A stretch of DNA of 64,000 nt from Candidatus Melainabacteria bacterium 17Bon1m (GTDB lineage: Bacteria > Cyanobacteriota > Vampirovibrionia > Obscuribacterales > Obscuribacteraceae). The position numbers were made by a program, and so were the translations under genes. The stretch covers positions 374,778 through 438,777 of the forward strand of contig JAVLKG010000005.1 in assembly GCA_032128875.1 (NCBI GenBank), given 5' to 3'. This document shows positions 25,704 through 35,021 of the stretch, piece after piece; the stretch's first letter is position 1; every line of letters begins with the position of its first letter. The notes below the pieces were generated by a model. The model ran no database searches, was not told where the DNA came from, and saw only the letters and a list, made by a program, of their open reading frames with translations.

Positions 25704-27011
25704 TCATTCGGATAACTGCTTCAACATTTGTCCCTGCAACTGCAAACTTCCGTGTGCAACCACAGTTTCGCCCGGACGCAGACCTTTCAAAATTTCCACG
25801 CTGCCACCGAGTCTCCTGCCTACCTCTATCTTTCGTTCCTCGAAACGGTTATTACCGAGCACCACATACGCCACCGTCGCTTCACCCGTTTTTCGCACCG
25901 ATTCGAAAGGAATCGAAAGCGCTTGGGTTTCTCCTATTTCAACGCGCATATTGGCAAACATCTCCGGCTTAAGAATAATCTGGGGATTTTGCACCGTAGC
26001 GCGCACCGGCATCGTACGTGAGTCCGTATCGAGCATGACGCCAGTATAATCGACTTTGCCAGGAAAAACCTTGTCAGGGTAGCTATTGACAGTTACGGCG
26101 ACGCGCTGACCTTTCTTGATGTAGTGGATGTCTTTCTCAAACGCCTGCGCCGTGAGCCATACCTGCTTCAGGTCGGTAACGACGAAAATATTGTGCGCGT
26201 TGTCAATAAGCTGTCCGACGTCCGCATTTCTTTCGGTGATGATTCCATCGCGCGGAGAAAGCATATAGAAATCGTCGTCGATTTTTTTCTTCGCCAACAC
26301 TCTATCAAGCTCGTCTTTTTCCACTCCGTAGAGCCTTAGTCTCTCTCGAGCCGTCGTAATTAGTGCTTCGCGCTTGTCTTTCAATGTTTCAAGCGCTACT
26401 TGAGCTTTTTGATATTCGTTTTCTGCCGAGTCGAGATCGGCTCTGGCACTTATTCCTTCGCTAAATAATTGTTTGTGTCTTCCGTAGATTTTTTCTGTCA
26501 AAGCAAGCTGAAAACGCGCCTGATCTATATCCGCTTCGAAATCAAGGACATTCTTCAACAGCTCCGCTTCGATTTGAGCGATGTCGTCGCTTCTGATGAA
26601 GGCTAGTTTTTGACCTTCTTTGACTACGTCGCCGAGCTGCACAAAGCACTTCTCTATGCGCCCCGGTACGAGCGAAATAACAGGCGTTGTTATGTTTGCA
26701 TCAGGCTCGACCTGTCCGGTCAGGCAAACTTCTTTGATCATCTTATGTTGCTGAACGACTTCAGTGGTCAAATGTATTTCGTTCATTTGATCCGGCCTTA
26801 TTGTCACGTAGCCGGTTGATGGAACGCTGTCGTCCATATCGACTTCGCCTTTGTGAGGCTGTTTGAGGCTGGAGACCATAGCGCTTTGTGCACCGTGATC
26901 GCAGCCTGTGATAAGAAATGGCAGCACGAGCATGCCGAGAGCCATGAGCGGCGAGACCAGGGATGCTTGATTCGAAAATCGTCTGGTTTCGATCTTCATT
27001 GATGTACTCAT
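25704..27011 (-). CDS. RND efflux periplasmic adaptor (membrane fusion protein, CzcB/CusB-like)
   Basis: An N-terminal lipoprotein-like signal ends in ...LITGC. Next comes a lipoyl/barrel-sandwich hairpin pattern (GRIEKCFVQLGDVVKEGQKLAFI ... coiled coil ... SPRDGIITERNADVGQLI). The C-terminal beta-barrel ends in GLRPGETVVAHGSLQL. The start overlaps the RND gene stop by 4 nt. Confidence 0.9.
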   Translation of the reverse strand: MSTSMKIETRRFSNQASLVSPLMALGMLVLPFLITGCDHGAQSAMVSSLKQPHKGEVDMDDSVPSTGYVTIRPDQMNEIHLTTEVVQQHKMIKEVCLTGQVEPDANITTPVISLVPGRIEKCFVQLGDVVKEGQKLAFIRSDDIAQIEAELLKNVLDFEADIDQARFQLALTEKIYGRHKQLFSEGISARADLDSAENEYQKAQVALETLKDKREALITTARERLRLYGVEKDELDRVLAKKKIDDDFYMLSPRDGIITERNADVGQLIDNAHNIFVVTDLKQVWLTAQAFEKDIHYIKKGQRVAVTVNSYPDKVFPGKVDYTGVMLDTDSRTMPVRATVQNPQIILKPEMFANMRVEIGETQALSIPFESVRKTGEATVAYVVLGNNRFEERKIEVGRRLGGSVEILKGLRPGETVVAHGSLQLQGQMLKQLSE

Positions 27012-30000
27012 ACTTCCTTTGCGGGCGGCTCTTTGCGCCGTTGTGTAGATTCGACCTTGCTTGAAGTACCAATCTGACCGGGTCTGGTGGCTCTAGGTTG
27101 GAATTTTATGTATAAAACAGGTAAGACGTAAAGGGTGAGAAGAGTACAAGATACCAAACCGCCAATTATGACTATAGCGAATGGTTTTTGAGTCTGCGAT
27201 CCGATTTCATTGGAAAGAGCTGCCGGCAAGAGCCCTGCTGCGGCAATTACAGCGGTCATCAATACGGGTCTCAAACGGATCAGAGCGCCTTTATAAACAG
27301 CTTCTTCAATGGGCAGACCCTCCTGCCTCAGTTCGTTAACGAATGACACAAGCAGAATGCCGTTTTTCACCGCTAATCCGAACAAGGCAATGAAGCCGAC
27401 ACCGGCAGAAATTGAGAAGTATGTTCCGGTCAAGTACATAGCCAAAATCGCGCCGATTGCTGCTAGAGGCACGACCGAGAACATCACCATCGCGCCACGG
27501 AAGGTTCCGCAAGACAAGTAGAGAATAGTTATGATGACGACGAGTGTGACGGGGACAACAATCGCCAACTGGTGCGAAGCTTCTTTCTGTCTTTGAAATT
27601 CGCCGCTCCACGAAACCCTGTAGCCCGGCGGAAAACTTACTTCCTTATTCACTCTTTGCTGCGCATCTTCCACTGCTGTTGCGAGATCTCGTCCGCGTAC
27701 GTTGGCACGAATTGTAGCTAAGCGCGAACCCTGCTCTCGCCAGATTTGAGTCGCGCCGGAGATCTCCTTCAAGCTGGCAAATTGCGAAAGGGGTACCTTT
27801 TGACCATTGGGAGTATCTACGAAAATATTGCCTAGCGATTCTTCGGTAGAGCGATCCTCCTTCGCTAACCTGACCATGAGGTCAAACTTTCGCTCACCCT
27901 CAATTACCTTAGTAGCTGATGCGCCTGCGATGGCTATTTCAACCAATCTCTTCAAATCATCGACGTTCAATTGATAGCGCGCCGCTGCATCGCGATCGAT
28001 TTCGATAGCGAACTGGGGCTGCCCTACGAGCGGGTCTACGATAACGTCGACGATGCCCGGCGTCCTATCCATGACGCCGCCTACTTTGTGGCCAAGCCCT
28101 TCCAGCATGTACAAGTCGGGTCCTGAAATCTTTGCAACAAGTGACCCCTGGACTCCGGAGAGCGCTTCGTCGACGGTAGTTTGAATGTATTGCGTGAAGT
28201 AATAACCGACGCCAGGTATCTCTTCGAGCTCCTTTTTCATGCTGGCAATCAGCTCGTCTTTCTTCTCGTGGAATTCTGGACGCCACTCTTTAGCGGGTTT
28301 CAGTCCAATGTAATATTCTTGGTCTGCGAACTTTGCCGGGTCTGTTCCGTCATCAGGACCGCCAGCTTGTGACAAAACCTGGGTCACTTCAGGGTATTTG
28401 AGTACGCGCTCGCGAATTTTTCTTGCCACCTTGACCGATTCGTCCAATGTGACAGAGCCAGGCTTTACGGTTGCTCGCAGCCAGATGTTGCCCTCTTCGA
28501 GGTGAGGCAAGAATTCGCTTCCCAAGTTGACAAACAGCAGGGCTGACCCTAAAAACGCTACGGTTGCAATGAAGATGACAAGCCCTTTGACCTTTAGCGC
28601 CCATTTTAGGGTCGGTTTATATATCAGCAAGGAAAGGCTGATAAGCGGACTTGTGCGTTCTGTGACCGGTTTCTTGGTCAGTATAAGTGAGCAAAGAACT
28701 GGAACCAAAGTAAGTGCGACCAGCCCCGCGCCAATCAATGCACAGACCATTGTGGTAGCTAGCGGGCGAAACAGCTTGCCCTCGACGCCTTGAAAAGTGA
28801 AAATCGGCAGGAATGTTGCGACGATGACTGCGATACCAAAAAGGATAGGTGCGCCTACTTCTCGGGCGGATTCGTTCAGAAGCATCAGCCGGTGATTTAC
28901 AGATAAATCACGCCCTTCTTCCGATAGTCTGCGGATAATGTTTTCCACCATGACCACAGAGCTGTCGACCAAGATGCCGAAGTCGATGGCACCAAGGCTG
29001 AGCAAGTTTGCCGGCACGCCAAAGAGATTCAAACATATGAAGGCGACCAGCATGGCCAGTGGAATTGGGATAGCTGTAATAATCGCTGCCGGGATATCCA
29101 GAAGGAAAAGGCAGAGCAGGACGACAACCAGACCTATGCCAAATTGGATATTGGTGCTAATGGTTTTGATCGTTTGATTAATCAGGTCCATCCGGTCATA
29201 GAGGACTTCCATGTTGACGCCTGGTGGAAGCCGTTTCACTATTTCCGGCAGGCGTTCGTAAACTCTTTCCAATACTTGCGATGGGTTTTCTCCTCGTCGC
29301 AGAAGAATAATTCCTTCGACGACGTCGTCTTCATGCCCTTTTCCAACCTGACCGCGTCGGACCAGCGAGCCGATTTTGACCTCTGCGACGTCTCTGATTC
29401 GAATCGGCGTTCCCTTTTTGTCCGCACTCACAACTACCGATTCAATATCACCGATATCTTCGAGCAGTCCGAGTTCTCGCACGATCAGAGCCGTCCCGCT
29501 CTTTTCTATAAAGCCACCACCCGAGGTGGCGTTTGCTTTGGTCAGGCTGTCGAAAACTTGTTGCAGCGTGATGCCATAAGACTTAAGGGCGTACTGATTG
29601 ACGTTGACTTCATAGGCCTTTGTAGGTCCGCCTTCACTGATGACTCCAATGACTCCCGGGATTTGACGGAAAAGTTTTTCCATCTCCCACTGTTGCATCG
29701 AGCGCAAGCCCATAGCTGAGTAATAGGGGCTGTGTAAGCAATAACGAAAAATTTCCCTGAGTGATCCGACGTCAGGTTCCAAATGTGGGTGGCAATCTGA
29801 CGGAATATCCGCCTGCTCCAGTCGTTCCAGCACTTGCTGGCGGGCCAATGTGGTTGGAGTTGCTTCCGTAAAGGTTGTGGTTACAACCGATAATCCGTAG
29901 AGCGATAAGGAGCGCAAGCTTGTCTGTCCCGGGATGCCGTTCAGCTCTTTTTCCAGCGGAACGGTAACAATGCGCTCCATTTCTTCAGCGCCCTTGCCCG

Positions 30001-30169
30001 GATAGAGTGTAATTACCCGAACCTGAGGGTTGGTCAGTTCAGGATAAGCTTCCAGAGGCAGCATCTTTACTGCCACAAGTCCGGCGATTATGACGAGAAT
30101 TGTCGCGACAAGCGTCAGGTAACGCCCCTTAAGGGCGCTGTTGATTAGTTTGTCGATCCAGGAATTCAT
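27008..30169 (-). CDS. HME-type RND inner-membrane efflux transporter (CusA/CzcA family), third copy in the window
   Basis: 1053 aa. N-terminus MNSWIDKLINSALKGRYLTLV. TM4 motif AIDFGILVDSSVVMVENI. C-terminal EIGSQTQKPFAIVIIGGLVSCTLLTLYVLP. Confidence 0.93.
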   Translation of the reverse strand: MNSWIDKLINSALKGRYLTLVATILVIIAGLVAVKMLPLEAYPELTNPQVRVITLYPGKGAEEMERIVTVPLEKELNGIPGQTSLRSLSLYGLSVVTTTFTEATPTTLARQQVLERLEQADIPSDCHPHLEPDVGSLREIFRYCLHSPYYSAMGLRSMQQWEMEKLFRQIPGVIGVISEGGPTKAYEVNVNQYALKSYGITLQQVFDSLTKANATSGGGFIEKSGTALIVRELGLLEDIGDIESVVVSADKKGTPIRIRDVAEVKIGSLVRRGQVGKGHEDDVVEGIILLRRGENPSQVLERVYERLPEIVKRLPPGVNMEVLYDRMDLINQTIKTISTNIQFGIGLVVVLLCLFLLDIPAAIITAIPIPLAMLVAFICLNLFGVPANLLSLGAIDFGILVDSSVVMVENIIRRLSEEGRDLSVNHRLMLLNESAREVGAPILFGIAVIVATFLPIFTFQGVEGKLFRPLATTMVCALIGAGLVALTLVPVLCSLILTKKPVTERTSPLISLSLLIYKPTLKWALKVKGLVIFIATVAFLGSALLFVNLGSEFLPHLEEGNIWLRATVKPGSVTLDESVKVARKIRERVLKYPEVTQVLSQAGGPDDGTDPAKFADQEYYIGLKPAKEWRPEFHEKKDELIASMKKELEEIPGVGYYFTQYIQTTVDEALSGVQGSLVAKISGPDLYMLEGLGHKVGGVMDRTPGIVDVIVDPLVGQPQFAIEIDRDAAARYQLNVDDLKRLVEIAIAGASATKVIEGERKFDLMVRLAKEDRSTEESLGNIFVDTPNGQKVPLSQFASLKEISGATQIWREQGSRLATIRANVRGRDLATAVEDAQQRVNKEVSFPPGYRVSWSGEFQRQKEASHQLAIVVPVTLVVIITILYLSCGTFRGAMVMFSVVPLAAIGAILAMYLTGTYFSISAGVGFIALFGLAVKNGILLVSFVNELRQEGLPIEEAVYKGALIRLRPVLMTAVIAAAGLLPAALSNEIGSQTQKPFAIVIIGGLVSCTLLTLYVLPVLYIKFQPRATRPGQIGTSSKVESTQRRKEPPAKEV

Positions 30170-30231
30170 CCGGATATGTCGCGCTCGGAAATGTCTCTCT
30201 AAATAGTAGCGAGTCTTCTATATAAAACGCA

Positions 30232-30251
30232 TTGATAATCTCTTGATTGTC
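30232..30251. promoter_or_regulatory. Direct repeat TTGATAATC-tc-TTGATTGTC (11-bp periodicity) in the divergent promoter region of the RND operon
   Basis: Two 9-mers sharing 7 of 9 bases, spaced one helical turn apart. They lie 63-82 nt upstream of the RND start (30169, minus strand). This architecture is typical of OmpR/PhoB-family binding sites. Confidence 0.3.
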
Positions 30252-30297
30252 ATTAGACGTTAAAAGTGTAAGAATCCCCTCTCGCCTGTTTTTGTGA

Positions 30298-31233
30298 GTG
30301 CATTGCTTGATGCTGGAAGTCAAGAAGATTCGTGATTTGATGATGAATAAAGGCGATCTGGGTGTCGCTTATGTTTCTGCCGCCAGTGGCATTGCCATAG
30401 TAGGCAAGTATGCCTATGTCGTTGCCGATGACCAGATGTGTCTTGCTTGTTTCGATTTTGACGCCGGCACACCTGGCGACTGGATAAGGCTTTTCAGCGG
30501 CGAATTGCCCCATGAGCACATGGCGCGCAAGGCAAAGAAGCCCGATCTCGAGGCGATTTGTGTTTTGCCGCCAAGCAAGTATGCTCAGCAAGGCGCACTG
30601 CTGGTGGTGCCTTCAGGATCAAAGGAATGGCGGAGTAAAGGTTGTCTTTTGCCGGTTGATGCGAATGGTAAGATCGCCGGAGAGCTTTTGCCACTGAGCT
30701 TTTCTGGACTTTTCAGTTTTTTGGGAACTAAAGTAAGAAAACTCAATATTGAAGGCGTTGCGGTTTTGGGCGAAAAACTATTATTAGCCAATCGAGGCAA
30801 TTCGAAAAATGGCGACAATGCTGTCATTGTCTTGAGTCTAAACGACTTTTTGTATCAGGCTTATGACACCCATGAGATTAATAGTCAGTCGTTTTTGGCT
30901 GTCCACCATAAAGAATTAGGCAAGGTAAACGGTGTTGCGCTTTCTTTTACAGATCTTTGCGTCTTTCCTGGTGATCGCATCATTTATTGCGCTGCAGCTG
31001 AAGCAACGAATGACGACTATGTAGATGGCGCATGTGCCGGTTCGGCAATTGCCATTGGTGACGGAACGTTTCAAGATTTGCAGATGCAGATTTTGAATAC
31101 CCGCCTTAAGGTCGAGGGTGTGTACGCTCGTTCTGTCCACAATCAGCCGGGTCTTGCGGAATTAATTCTTGTAACGGATGGTGACGCAGATTCCTCGATA
31201 GGCGGAATGCTTTCTACTTTCGTTACTTTATAA
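30298..31233 (+). CDS. Hypothetical protein, beta-propeller-like by composition
   Basis: 311-aa ORF with repeated beta-strand-rich segments (IEGVAVLGEKLLLANRGN, VNGVALSFTDLCVF, VEGVYARSV...LILVTDGD). No confidently recognised family. Several candidate starts (30298, 30310, 30340). Confidence 0.5.
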   Translation: MHCLMLEVKKIRDLMMNKGDLGVAYVSAASGIAIVGKYAYVVADDQMCLACFDFDAGTPGDWIRLFSGELPHEHMARKAKKPDLEAICVLPPSKYAQQGALLVVPSGSKEWRSKGCLLPVDANGKIAGELLPLSFSGLFSFLGTKVRKLNIEGVAVLGEKLLLANRGNSKNGDNAVIVLSLNDFLYQAYDTHEINSQSFLAVHHKELGKVNGVALSFTDLCVFPGDRIIYCAAAEATNDDYVDGACAGSAIAIGDGTFQDLQMQILNTRLKVEGVYARSVHNQPGLAELILVTDGDADSSIGGMLSTFVTL

Positions 31234-31342
31234 ATCGTGAAATATGGCTTGGTGACGGGCGCTAGGCATAACGTTGTCGGTTAGACTGTGCTGGCTTGAG
31301 TTATGCACTTAAGTTCATGTGCCACGCCCTGGGAGGCTTTTA

Positions 31343-32671
31343 ATGGTCGCGACCACGCCGGTTAGAGCAAATGCAAAACTACTGCGCATTATTCGTCTGC
31401 GCGTTACAGACAAGCCGGGCTTCCTCGGCAAGATTGCCACGCTTCTGGGTGAGCTGGACGCGAATATCGGTGAAATCACTATCGTTACCCAGGGGCACGA
31501 CTTCATCATCCGCGAATTCAGTTTGCAAATCGATGATGACACCCATCTACAATGCATCCTCGAAGGACTTAAGGTTCTCGAAGGTGTGCAGGTAGAAGCC
31601 GTTATCGATCCGGTGCAACATATACACGAGGGCGGCAAGATTGAGATGCGTAGCCGTGTAAAGCTCGACAGCGTCGGCGAGATGCACAAAATTTATACGC
31701 CGGGCGTCGCGCAAATTTGCAAGCTGATCGAGAAAGAACCGCAGGCAAGCAAGCTTTACACCTCTATTTCGAATACTGTCGCAGTCGTGACAAATGGAAC
31801 CGCCATCCTTGGACTGGGTAACATCGGAGCCGTTGCCGGCATGCCGGTGATGGAAGGAAAGTCTGTGCTGTACCAACAGCTGGTCGGCATCAGTGCGGTG
31901 CCTATACTTTTGAATTCCACAGATATTGATGTAATCGTAAATACGGTCGCAGAAATTGCTCCGACTTTCGCAGCGATTCACTTAGAAGATATTGCAGCTC
32001 CCGAATGTTTTGCCATAGAAGAGCAATTGCAAAAACGTCTGAACATCCCTGTTCTGCACGATGACCAGCATGCTACCGCCGTCGTCGTACTCGGCGCATT
32101 AATGACAGTTACTCAAAGGACAGGCATCGATTTGGGCACTGCAAAAGTAGGCATCATCGGGCTCGGTGCTGCCGGTTTTGGCATCGCTAGTTTGCTGAAA
32201 GCCTTTGGTGTCCGTGAAATTTTGGGTACCGACCTTAAGAAAGAAGCGATGGAGAGGCTCAAGAAAGCCGGCGGAAAACCGGTTGACCTCAGTGCTCTGA
32301 TGGACGATTCAGATGTGGTCGTTGCCACGACGGGCGTTCCTGGCTTAATCAAACCTGAGATGGTGAAGAAAGGGCAGGTGATTTTGGCGCTTTCAAATCC
32401 TGATCCCGAAATCGATCCTGAGCTTGCCATCAAATGTGGTGCCGAGTTTGCAGCCGATGGAAGAACGATTAATAATGCACTCGCCTTCCCTGGCTTGTTC
32501 CGCGGTGCTCTAAAAATTGGCGCAACTCACTTTACTGATGCGATGAAGATTGCCGCTGCGCATGCCATCGCAGGACAGACAAAAATGGATTCGCTCGTGC
32601 CTAGTATCTTGGATAAAGATACTCACCAGGCGGTTGCAGAAGCGGTTATGCAGGCGTGGTTGGACGGCTAG
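31343..32671 (+). CDS. NAD(P)-dependent malic enzyme with an N-terminal ACT domain
   Basis: ACT-like LLRIIRLRVTDKPGFLGKIATLLGELDANIGEI. Malic-enzyme core YTPGVA, VVTNGTAILGLGNIG, PVMEGKSVLY, HLEDIAAPECF, HDDQHATAVV, GLGAAG, LSNPDPEI, NNALAFPGLFRGAL. GGAGG lies 6 nt upstream of the ATG at 31343. Confidence 0.9.
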   Translation: MVATTPVRANAKLLRIIRLRVTDKPGFLGKIATLLGELDANIGEITIVTQGHDFIIREFSLQIDDDTHLQCILEGLKVLEGVQVEAVIDPVQHIHEGGKIEMRSRVKLDSVGEMHKIYTPGVAQICKLIEKEPQASKLYTSISNTVAVVTNGTAILGLGNIGAVAGMPVMEGKSVLYQQLVGISAVPILLNSTDIDVIVNTVAEIAPTFAAIHLEDIAAPECFAIEEQLQKRLNIPVLHDDQHATAVVVLGALMTVTQRTGIDLGTAKVGIIGLGAAGFGIASLLKAFGVREILGTDLKKEAMERLKKAGGKPVDLSALMDDSDVVVATTGVPGLIKPEMVKKGQVILALSNPDPEIDPELAIKCGAEFAADGRTINNALAFPGLFRGALKIGATHFTDAMKIAAAHAIAGQTKMDSLVPSILDKDTHQAVAEAVMQAWLDG

Positions 32672-33921
32672 CTCGGCGCGAAAACGATTCTTAGCAGTTG
32701 AAGAAAGAATAGAATCGACACGGCAGTCACAATGATCGCAATGATTGATTGTACGAACCATGCGGGCAATTTCTGTGGTTCGTCCGTTTTTTCTAATTTG
32801 TTCTCAGGCATTGCTGCGGGCATTGCCTCTTCTGCGATCTCTGCCGGTGCAGCTTTAGTTTCACTCGGCGCTCTGGTTTTGATTGGCTCTTCTTTTGTTT
32901 TCAGAGCTCTCAACTTTGTCCCGAGTACATCTCGCATTTCGGTTGCGTTTTCAAATCTCTCTTCGGGATTTTTTGCCAGCCCGCGCATTATCAACGCTTC
33001 CAGGTTAGCTCCTTCAATGCCGCTTAGATTGAGCGGAGCCGGGGCGGATGAGCGATGCATGCTCATCGTTTGTACTGGCGTTTCGCCATGAAAAGGTGGT
33101 CTGCCACTTAGACATTCGTACATCGTGCAGCATGAAGAATAAACGTCGGAGCGTGCATCCGTAGGTTTTCCTTCGCACTGCTCAGGGCTCATGTAGAGTG
33201 GGCTTCCAAACACCATTCCTTTCGCGGTAAGTCGTTGAATTTCTTCTGCGGTTGCAATGCGCTGGGCAATTCCAAAGTCGACTAACTTGATCTGTTCGGT
33301 GCCGTCTGCGCCTTTCGTCACGATTATATTGCTAGGCTTGATGTCTCTGTGAATAATGCCGAGTTGGTGCGCGACCGACAATGCACTCGATAATTGAATG
33401 AATATTGACTTTGTTCTTTCTATCGTCAGTGTATGTTCTGAGCCGATGATGTCTGCCAGGCTCTGACCTTCGACATATTCCATTACGTAATACGGGCAAC
33501 CGTTGTCCGTTATTCCGATGTCGGAAACCGCAATTAGGTTAGGGTGCTTGAGCGCAGCCACCGAGCCGATTTCGCGCATGAATCGGTAGACGCTTTCTTT
33601 CTTCTCGGCAAGAACCTTGGAAAGAACCTTAATAGCGACCGGCTGGTTGGTCTTTTCGTTTTTGCCTTTATAAACTTCGCCCATGCCGCCTTTGGCGATG
33701 AGCGAAACTATGCGATAGCGTCCATACAGCAATTCGCCGACAAATGCTTTGCCTGATTTTGCGGGCAAATAGGCAACATCGTCATCATCTTCTAATTCTG
33801 GATGACCGGGATTCTGTATTTCGGAAGTTTCGCCTTGATCAGAAACCGCCTGCGGCTCGATCGAGTTCGTCAGGTCAGTTACAGGCTCGTCACCGTGATT
33901 TTCAGTCATTGAGGATAACAA
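32668..33921 (-). CDS. Hanks-type Ser/Thr protein kinase, C-terminally membrane-anchored, with no extracellular sensor domain
   Basis: Kinase subdomains GKGGMGEVYKG, AIKVL, HRDIKPSNII, DFGIA, SPEQ. The single C-terminal TM helix WFVQSIIAIIVTAVSILFFLQLL is followed by only 9 residues. Confidence 0.9.
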   Translation of the reverse strand: MLSSMTENHGDEPVTDLTNSIEPQAVSDQGETSEIQNPGHPELEDDDDVAYLPAKSGKAFVGELLYGRYRIVSLIAKGGMGEVYKGKNEKTNQPVAIKVLSKVLAEKKESVYRFMREIGSVAALKHPNLIAVSDIGITDNGCPYYVMEYVEGQSLADIIGSEHTLTIERTKSIFIQLSSALSVAHQLGIIHRDIKPSNIIVTKGADGTEQIKLVDFGIAQRIATAEEIQRLTAKGMVFGSPLYMSPEQCEGKPTDARSDVYSSCCTMYECLSGRPPFHGETPVQTMSMHRSSAPAPLNLSGIEGANLEALIMRGLAKNPEERFENATEMRDVLGTKLRALKTKEEPIKTRAPSETKAAPAEIAEEAMPAAMPENKLEKTDEPQKLPAWFVQSIIAIIVTAVSILFFLQLLRIVFAPS

Positions 33922-33950
33922 TATCGCCTGAAATGAGTTACGGATACTCT

Positions 33951-34247
33951 TTAACTAAAGAGCGGCGCGTTCGGATTGCAAGCGAATAGATAGTTGAAAA
34001 TCGGTGTGAGGGCGATGGCGAAAACCATCAACAAGATTCCAATCACCATTTTTTTTGAAATTCTCGAAGCCGATTTGTCGCTGAAAGATTTCGCTAAGAG
34101 CACAGCGCCGGCAACAAATAGAACTGCTGAAGTACCTAGCAGGCAATAGTCGAGTCCGCTGAGCTTGGCGTCACGCACTGTTCCGGCGGTCTGAGCAATC
34201 AATTTAATTGCCTCAGTATCCGCGCAGGTGGAGCTTTTGTTGCTCAT
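33951..34247 (-). CDS. Small two-TM membrane protein, hypothetical
   Basis: 98 aa with two hydrophobic helices (LLGTSAVLFVAGAVLLA, VIGILLMVFAIALTPIF). It starts 10 nt after the rmlC stop on the same strand. Confidence 0.5.
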   Translation of the reverse strand: MSNKSSTCADTEAIKLIAQTAGTVRDAKLSGLDYCLLGTSAVLFVAGAVLLAKSFSDKSASRISKKMVIGILLMVFAIALTPIFNYLFACNPNAPLFS

Positions 34248-34257
34248 GAATCAGGCT

Positions 34258-34836
34258 CTAGCCTTTTTTGATTTCCCAGAAATCACTGCCGAGGGCGTCC
34301 CACGGAAGTCTGTGTTCATCCGGTTCGTCGGGATTGAAGCATTGATTGACGAAATAAATCATGCTCGCTGGCTTTTGCCAAACATTAGCCAAGCCGTGAG
34401 CGACTCCGCGCGGAATATAGAGAGCTTGAGCGCGACCGGCGCCGAGAACAAAGCGCATTGTCTTGTTGTATGTCGGCGAATCTTTGCGGGCATCGAACAA
34501 GCCAACGAGTACTCTGTCCGTCGGAATGACGAACCAGACGTCTTCCTGGTTGTAATGGAGGTGGAAAGCTTTGATCGTTCCCGGAAGCATTTGCGAGAAC
34601 GTGCTTTGCTTGACTTTGAAATTCGGCAAGATTTGCAGATTGCCGCTGTCATCCAAGCGGACGATTTCGGCGAGTTGACCGCCGTCGTCGACGAACATAT
34701 TCAAATTGATGAGCTGCACACCATCAATCGGTGTTTTCTTCGTGTAGTCCTGTACGGACAGATCTGACACGTAGTCTTTGCCAATGGCGTCTTTTGTTAG
34801 CGGTTTGAGCATGTCGTTGGATGAGATCGTATTCAT
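34258..34836 (-). CDS. rmlC: dTDP-4-dehydrorhamnose 3,5-epimerase-family cupin
   Basis: TPIDGVQLINLNMFVDDGG..., KAFHLHYNQEDVWFV...GLFDARKDSPTYNK...ALYIPRGVAHGLANV aligns by hand with RmlC catalytic-core motifs. The start is uncertain: ATG at 34836 is chosen, while the ORF track extends to a TTG at 34941. Confidence 0.78.
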   Translation of the reverse strand: MNTISSNDMLKPLTKDAIGKDYVSDLSVQDYTKKTPIDGVQLINLNMFVDDGGQLAEIVRLDDSGNLQILPNFKVKQSTFSQMLPGTIKAFHLHYNQEDVWFVIPTDRVLVGLFDARKDSPTYNKTMRFVLGAGRAQALYIPRGVAHGLANVWQKPASMIYFVNQCFNPDEPDEHRLPWDALGSDFWEIKKG

Positions 34837-35021
34837 GTGTATTGCGGTTAGCTGGTCTGCACCTTGCTTCTGCAAGATGCCCACGGTTGGTCTTATAAAC
34901 CACCGCTGCATAGAATAGCATGTAGAGCCGAGAAGCTCCAATGGCGCGGGTTAATCGGCAAATCGGTGTTTACAAGCTGTTGGCTGCACGAGTCTTGCGC
35001 TGGAAAGCTCAAATATTGCTG

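Noticed and set aside
32668-32671. Convergent genes (malic enzyme and Ser/Thr kinase) share a CTAG that provides both stop codons.
   Set aside because: This is real but trivial. Such 4-nt convergent overlaps are common and carry no obvious functional implication.
34228-34767. A 179-aa + strand ORF overlapping rmlC. Similar long antisense ORFs occur at 9142..9744, 9737..10324, 21935..22534, 29144..29719, 35697..36182, 36519..37031 and 58902..59486.
   Set aside because: All lie opposite genes with strong family signatures, so I treat them as shadow ORFs.
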